Shown piece by piece: positions 58,659 to 64,000 of a DNA stretch of 64,000 bases (its first letter is position 1; every line of letters begins with the position of its first letter). Origin of the DNA: Candidatus Aminicenantales bacterium (GTDB taxonomy: Bacteria > Acidobacteriota > Aminicenantia > Aminicenantales > Saccharicenantaceae); NCBI GenBank assembly GCA_049512315.1, contig JBEKXF010000013.1, forward strand, positions 1-64,000, given 5' to 3'. The notes beneath the pieces were generated by a model. The model worked only from the letters and a program-made list of their open reading frames with translations. It did no database searches and was not told the DNA's origin. Position numbers and translations under genes: made by a program.

Positions 58659-59794
58659 AGTATCTGGCTCTTGTCATCGCCAATCTCAGGCGGAAGAAGG
58701 TCCGCACGACGCTCACCATAGGCTCGTTCGCCGCGGCCCTCTTCCTCTTCGGCCTGCTCATTGCCGTCCGCAGCTCGTTCAACCAGGGCGTCCAGGTCGC
58801 GGGCGCTGACCGGCTTATCGTCATCAACAGGGTTTCGCTCATGCAGCCCCTGCCCATCGCCTACCGCGACCGAATCCTCCAGGTTCCCGGGGTGAAGGCC
58901 GTGACCTACGCCACCTGGTTCGGGGGCGTCTACCAGGACGAACGGAACTTCTTCCCGCAGATCGTCATCGACCCCGGCACCTGGCGCGAAATGTACCCTG
59001 AGTTCCTGATCGGCGACGCCGAGTGGAACGCGTTCCTGAAGGACAGGCAGGCAGGCCTAGCCGGCGAGGCGACGGCCAAGCGCTTCGGCTGGAAGGTCGG
59101 CGACCGCATCCCGATCAGGGGCACCTACATCCCGGGCGTGTGGCAGTTCAACCTCTGCGGCATCTACAAGGGCGCGCGGCCGGACGACGACACGACCCAG
59201 TTCTGGCTCCGCCGCGATTACCTTGAGGAAAACGGGCCGGCCTATTGGAAGGGGCTCGTCGGCTGGTACATCGTCAAGGTCGCGAACCCGGACGACGCTC
59301 CCGGGATCGTAGCCGCCGTCGACGAGCGCTTCACCAATTCCCCGTGGGAGACGAAGACCGAAACCGAAAAGGCCTTCGCCGCCTCCTTCGTGAAACAGAT
59401 CGGCAATATCGAGTTCCTCATCCTGACGATCGGGGCCGTCGTTTTCTTCACGCTTCTCCTCGTCACCGGAAACACGATGGCCATCGCGGTCCGCGAGCGC
59501 ACCGGCGAGCTGGCCGTGCTCAAGACCGTCGGGTTCGGGGATGTCCTGATTCTCTGGCTCGTGTTGGGCGAGTCGCTTTTCCTGGCCTTCATCGGGGGGG
59601 CGTTGGGAGTTGTGACGGCCAAGGCCGTCGCCCCGCAGTTGTCCAGTTTCATGTACGGGGCCAAGGTTTACCTGCCGGGTTCGGACCTGGCCTTCGGCGT
59701 CGTCCTGGCGGTCATCGCCGGGGCGCTGGCCGGAGCGTTGCCGGCCCTTTCGGCAATGCGGCTCAAGGTCGTCGACGCGCTCCGGAGGGTTTGA
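58655..59794 (+). CDS. ABC transporter permease (MacB/FtsX-like)
   Basis: N-terminal TM, large periplasmic domain, RERTGELAVLKTVGF, C-terminal VVDALRR. Confidence 0.88.
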   Translation: MKYLALVIANLRRKKVRTTLTIGSFAAALFLFGLLIAVRSSFNQGVQVAGADRLIVINRVSLMQPLPIAYRDRILQVPGVKAVTYATWFGGVYQDERNFFPQIVIDPGTWREMYPEFLIGDAEWNAFLKDRQAGLAGEATAKRFGWKVGDRIPIRGTYIPGVWQFNLCGIYKGARPDDDTTQFWLRRDYLEENGPAYWKGLVGWYIVKVANPDDAPGIVAAVDERFTNSPWETKTETEKAFAASFVKQIGNIEFLILTIGAVVFFTLLLVTGNTMAIAVRERTGELAVLKTVGFGDVLILWLVLGESLFLAFIGGALGVVTAKAVAPQLSSFMYGAKVYLPGSDLAFGVVLAVIAGALAGALPALSAMRLKVVDALRRV

Positions 59795-59796
59795 CC

Positions 59797-60966
59797 ATGC
59801 CGATTCCAGTCATCTATAACATCCGCAGCGTCCGCCAGCGCTGGACGTCCGGCATCGTCGCGGTCCTCGGCATCGCCGGCGCGGTCGGGGTATTCGTGGC
59901 CATGCTTTCGATGGCCCGCGGCTTCAAGGCCACCCTCGTGGCCTCGGGTTCGCCTGGGAATGCCATCGCCCTGAGGGCCGGCGCGGCCTCCGAGATGATC
60001 AGCATCATCTCGCTCGACCAAGTCCAAGCCATCCAGAACGCCACCGGGGTCGCCCGCGGGCCGGAGGGTCCGCTGGTCAGCCCCGAGGTCGTGGTCATCG
60101 CCGCCTTTCCGCTCAAAAAAACCGGGACAGATGCCAACGTCCAGATCCGCGGGACGTCTCCTCGGGTCCTCGAGGTCCGAGAAAACGTGAAGGTCGTCAA
60201 GGGGCGCATGTTCAAGACCGGGCTGAACGAGCTCATCGCCGGGCGCAACGTGGCCGGCACTTACGCCGGCCTCGATCTGGGCCGTACGGTGAGGTTCGGA
60301 GGCGGCACGTGGATCATCGTCGGGATTTTCGACGCGGGGGGCAGTGCGTTCGACTCGGAGCTTTGGTGTGACGCCCTCGTCCTGAACCAGGTCTACAAGC
60401 GGCCCCAGAACATCTTCCAATCCATAACGGTCCACCTGACGTCGCCCGACGCATTCCAGGGGTTCAAGGACGCCCTGACCTCCGATCCCCGGCTCTCCGT
60501 CGAGACCGAGCGCGAGCGGGCGTATTACGAGAAGAACTCCCGGCAGCTGACGAACATGATCACCGTCCTCGGGACGCTGGTCGCCTTCGTCATGGGCATC
60601 GGGGCGGTGTTCGGGGCGCTCAATACGATGTATTCGGCCATCTCGGAGCGGACACGCGAGATCGCCACCATGAGGGCCCTCGGCTTCGGCGGCGCGAGTG
60701 TCGTGGCCTCGTTCGTTTTGGAGTCGCTCTTTATCGCCGGCCTGGGAGGCGTCCTCGGGTGCGTCGCGGTCCTCCCGGTCAACGGCTGGACCACGGGGAC
60801 GATCAACTTCCAGACTTTTTCACACTTGGCCTTCGCGTTCCGGATCACCCCGGATTTGCTCGTCATCGGCGTCGGCTTCGCCCTTCTCATGGGCCTCGTA
60901 GGAGGTCTCCCTCCCGCGATCCGGGCGGTCCGGCGTCCCGTGGCCTCGGCGCTCCGCGAGCTGTGA
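59797..60966 (+). CDS. ABC transporter permease (MacB/FtsX-like), second subunit
   Basis: Same topology; ERTREIATMRALGF, PVASALRE. Confidence 0.88.
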   Translation: MPIPVIYNIRSVRQRWTSGIVAVLGIAGAVGVFVAMLSMARGFKATLVASGSPGNAIALRAGAASEMISIISLDQVQAIQNATGVARGPEGPLVSPEVVVIAAFPLKKTGTDANVQIRGTSPRVLEVRENVKVVKGRMFKTGLNELIAGRNVAGTYAGLDLGRTVRFGGGTWIIVGIFDAGGSAFDSELWCDALVLNQVYKRPQNIFQSITVHLTSPDAFQGFKDALTSDPRLSVETERERAYYEKNSRQLTNMITVLGTLVAFVMGIGAVFGALNTMYSAISERTREIATMRALGFGGASVVASFVLESLFIAGLGGVLGCVAVLPVNGWTTGTINFQTFSHLAFAFRITPDLLVIGVGFALLMGLVGGLPPAIRAVRRPVASALREL

Positions 60967-60972
60967 TCCCGG

Positions 60973-62802
60973 CTATTTCCGTGGGAAAACGGTCACTCCC
61001 GAAGGATCGATCTGCCTGAGGGCCTTGACCTGGCCGTTCTCGACGGCAAACTCGAAAATCACGTCGGAAAAATCCTTGATCCTGAACTTGAAGCCCTTAT
61101 AAGGAATCAGCTTCTCCTCGGACTGTCCCGGGAACACCAGGGAAAGGGTACTGTCCGCCTTGAGGACGACCTGGAACTTGACCCCGGTCGGGGTCTCATA
61201 GGTCCCGGCCAACTGGCCAAGGGCCTTCGCGTCGAGGACCTCGGCCTTGCGGGTGAACACGGCTTCGGCCTCGTCCAGGGACATGACGCCCTTGTCGATA
61301 TCCCCTTGGGGATTGGTCTGGAAATTGACCGACCACTTGCCGTATTCCTCGTCGTCGGGAGTGTCAAAACGGTCGTAATGGAAGTGCGTCAGGGGCAGCA
61401 CGGCCTTGTGGAAATCGAAGAGCAGCGCCCCGTCCTTCATCCTGATCTTCAGGAGGCCGTAGGCGGGATGCTCGTATTCTCCGACGAAATCGGCCAAGGC
61501 ATGGGAGGGCTTCGTCCCCGGGACAAGGTCCGCGCCGGCCTTCGACCTGGCCTCCGTGCCTGCCTTTTTTCCCTTCAGTCTCGTCTCCAGCTGGCGGGCG
61601 CTCCAGGGCGTCTGGTCGAGGCCGAGCAGCCGCTCGTAGACGTTATAGCTGATCGTATTGTACAGGCTGGCGCAGTGGTCGCCGATCACGAAGACGAGCA
61701 CTCCGATCCGCTCGCGGGGCATGAAGGACACCTGGGAATGGAAACCGGGCAGGTCCCCGCCGTGGTAGCCGACGAGGCGGCCGCGATAGGAGGCGGTCCA
61801 GCGGCCCATTCCGTAGACGGAATTCAGGAGTTCCCAATAGCCGCGCGACTCCGCCCCCGTGTTGGGGAGCGCGATGGTCGGCTCGAGCGTGGCCTTGAGG
61901 ACGCCCGCGGGAAGGACCTGGGCGCCCTCGTACGTCCCGCCGTTCATCAAGGCGATGAGCCAATGGGACATGTCCTGGATGTTGGAGACGATGGCGCCGC
62001 AGGGGGCGACCCCGGCGATGTCCTCGTAATAGGGGAGCTTATAGAGCTCGAAGGAATCACGTCGTTCGGTGTAAGGCACCCCGAAATCGGGCTGTTTGAG
62101 CATGTCCGAAACGGAAAACGACGTGCTGGTCATCTTGAGGGGCCCGAAGATCCGTTCGCGGACGAACTCCTCCCATGTCTTGCCGGACTGGAGCTCGATG
62201 AGATAACCCACGGCGGCGTACATCAGGTTGTTGTAGAGGAATGTCTGCCGGAGAGGCGAGCTGGGCTCGAGGTACTTGATCCGATCGAAGAGCTCTTTCC
62301 GGGTGAAGTCCGATTTGTACCAGATCGTGTCATGACGGGTGATCCCTGTCCGATGGGCCAGCATGTCGCGCAGCGTGACCGTCGTGTTAAGCTGGTCGTT
62401 ATAAAATTGGATGGTCGGCACGGATTCCCTGACAGGCTTGTCCCACGTCAGTTTCCCCGCGTCCACGAGAATGCCGGCCGCCACGGCGGTGAAAAGCTTG
62501 GTGTTCGAGGCGATCTGGTGCAACGTCGTCGGAGTGTAGGGCAGCTTCTTCCCGTAATCCCGGTAGCCGTACCCCTTGGCGAAAACGAGCTTGTCCCCAA
62601 CCACGATGCCGACTCCGATGCCCGGAGCGTTCCAGTCTTTGAGGATCCCGGCCATGTAGGTGTCGAATCCCTGAAGTTTCTTGGCAATATCCTTATCCTG
62701 GTCGTGGGCCTTGAGGCCTGGAGCTCCGGCCATTAGGAACAGGCCGATGATCGTCAAGCTTAAGAATGCGTTCAGCCGCTCAGTTCTGTGACCGATTTTC
62801 AT
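60973..62802 (-). CDS. Serine hydrolase, beta-lactamase/penicillin-binding family with DUF3471-like C-terminal domains
   Basis: Signal peptide; SxxK (ASNTK), YNN, HGG; GEYEHPAYG. Confidence 0.87.
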   Translation of the reverse strand: MKIGHRTERLNAFLSLTIIGLFLMAGAPGLKAHDQDKDIAKKLQGFDTYMAGILKDWNAPGIGVGIVVGDKLVFAKGYGYRDYGKKLPYTPTTLHQIASNTKLFTAVAAGILVDAGKLTWDKPVRESVPTIQFYNDQLNTTVTLRDMLAHRTGITRHDTIWYKSDFTRKELFDRIKYLEPSSPLRQTFLYNNLMYAAVGYLIELQSGKTWEEFVRERIFGPLKMTSTSFSVSDMLKQPDFGVPYTERRDSFELYKLPYYEDIAGVAPCGAIVSNIQDMSHWLIALMNGGTYEGAQVLPAGVLKATLEPTIALPNTGAESRGYWELLNSVYGMGRWTASYRGRLVGYHGGDLPGFHSQVSFMPRERIGVLVFVIGDHCASLYNTISYNVYERLLGLDQTPWSARQLETRLKGKKAGTEARSKAGADLVPGTKPSHALADFVGEYEHPAYGLLKIRMKDGALLFDFHKAVLPLTHFHYDRFDTPDDEEYGKWSVNFQTNPQGDIDKGVMSLDEAEAVFTRKAEVLDAKALGQLAGTYETPTGVKFQVVLKADSTLSLVFPGQSEEKLIPYKGFKFRIKDFSDVIFEFAVENGQVKALRQIDPSGVTVFPRK

Positions 62803-62837
62803 GGTGATGTCTCCTTGAAGGTTCCGATTCGAAAAGT

Positions 62838-64000
62838 TCAGGGCGTGATCCTGACCATGACGACGCCGTGGCCCGCGACAGTTGCCGAGTAGCTGCCCCT
62901 GAACGTCCCCAAATCCTTATGCTGCCAGAGGTCCCGGACTTTGGCGCCGAGCGTCTTGGGGTAGCCGATCTCCGTCCAATTCACCGTGATCTGAGCTTCC
63001 GTCTTGCCCCGGTTGAGGAGAACGACGGCGCGGCTGCCGTCTGCGAGCGGCCGGGTCCAGACCTCCTGATCCCCGTCGTCCCTGACCTTGCTTCCTTGCC
63101 TGCCGAGCGGGTCCTGGTCGACGGCGATGACCTCCTTATTCGTCAGGATCTCTCGCGTCTCGGGCGTCATGGTCCGCATGTCGTTCCCGGCCATGAGCGG
63201 CGCCGCGAGCAGGCACCAGAAGCTGAAGTGGGTCTGGTACTCCGTGCTGGTCATGCCGCCGTTCCCGACCTCGAGCATATCGGGGTCGTTCCAGTGGCCG
63301 GGGCCGGAGAAGGCCTCGAGCCCGACCTGAAGGTCGATGATCTGGATGACGCCCAGCCCACCCCCCTCTTTATTGCCCTCCCACATGTCCTGGATGTCGC
63401 CGGTCGTCCGCCAGAGGTTGCCGATGTCCTTGGCCCAGAGCCAGGGTTTGGTTTCCCCCCACTCGCAGATGCTGAAAACGATGGGCCGGCCGGACGCCAG
63501 GAGGGCGTCGCGCATCCGGGAGTACGCGGCCTCGGAATTCTGGCCGCCGTTGTCGCACCAGTCGTATTTCAGGTAATCCACGCCCCACTCGGCGTACTGG
63601 CGGGCGTCCTGGAACTCGTACCCCCAGCTCCCGGGCCGGCCGGCGCAGGTCTTGGTCCCGGCGTCCGAGTAGATCCCGAACTTGAGGCCCTTGGAATGGA
63701 CGTAATCGGCCAGGACCTTGATCCCGGAGGGGAACGCTTTTCCGTCGACAATGATGTTGCCCTTGCTGTCGCGGTCGATCTGCCAGCAGTCGTCGATCAC
63801 GATATATTGATAGCCAGCATCGCGCATCCCGCACGCGATCATGGCATCGGCGATTTCACGGACGGCCTTCTCATTGATCTTGCAGCCGAACTTGTTCCAG
63901 GAATTCCATCCCATGGGCGGGGTCAGGGCCAGGCCGTTGTTGAGGGCCCGGATCTCGGGGCGGCCGGGGCCGAAGAACAAGGCCGTGAAGACGATAAGCG
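62838..64000 (-). CDS. GH27 alpha-galactosidase (5' end beyond window edge)
   Basis: NGLALTPPMGWNSWN, IDDCWQ, LKYDWC, WRTTGDI, WNDPDMLEVGN; frame open to the window end. Confidence 0.92.
   Translation of the reverse strand, partial: LIVFTALFFGPGRPEIRALNNGLALTPPMGWNSWNKFGCKINEKAVREIADAMIACGMRDAGYQYIVIDDCWQIDRDSKGNIIVDGKAFPSGIKVLADYVHSKGLKFGIYSDAGTKTCAGRPGSWGYEFQDARQYAEWGVDYLKYDWCDNGGQNSEAAYSRMRDALLASGRPIVFSICEWGETKPWLWAKDIGNLWRTTGDIQDMWEGNKEGGGLGVIQIIDLQVGLEAFSGPGHWNDPDMLEVGNGGMTSTEYQTHFSFWCLLAAPLMAGNDMRTMTPETREILTNKEVIAVDQDPLGRQGSKVRDDGDQEVWTRPLADGSRAVVLLNRGKTEAQITVNWTEIGYPKTLGAKVRDLWQHKDLGTFRGSYSATVAGHGVVMVRITP

Noticed and set aside
60973..62802. Beta-lactam resistance gene next to a MacAB-like pump as a resistance island
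   Set aside because: Long serine hydrolase with DUF3471-like tail is more typical of peptidases/esterases; no mobility genes or compositional shift.

Overview
High-GC bacterial chromosomal segment with about 46 densely packed protein genes. I see no rRNA, tRNA, CRISPR array, prophage or intact transposase. The gene content points to a diderm, probably anaerobic fermenter of peptides and glycans: outer-membrane beta-barrel proteins, three M16 peptidase chains, GH27 x2, GH38, a broken GH29, a BNR/VPS10 protein, FucP-type MFS + ROK kinase, SSS, CstA, pta and buk-ptb. The style resembles Aminicenantes/Acidobacteriota, which is inference only. Housekeeping genes include a stand-alone fusA, metK, addAB-like genes, an RNB nuclease, aqpZ and a MacAB-like ABC exporter. 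The most interesting items are: (1) a run of rubredoxin-fused ferredoxin:thioredoxin reductase catalytic subunit, thioredoxin, and 2-oxoacid dehydrogenase E1a-E1b-E2 with NO E3 gene, a candidate thiol-relay route for lipoyl recycling; (2) a SAM-I/IV-type riboswitch with promoter, pseudoknot and terminator ahead of metK; (3) fusA paired with an uncharacterised P-loop protein; (4) a GH29 fucosidase broken by an apparent deletion plus frameshift; (5) an AT-rich 22-bp-arm palindrome; and (6) a structured RNA-like stretch at the window start. Product calls come from motifs read by eye; no database searches were run.
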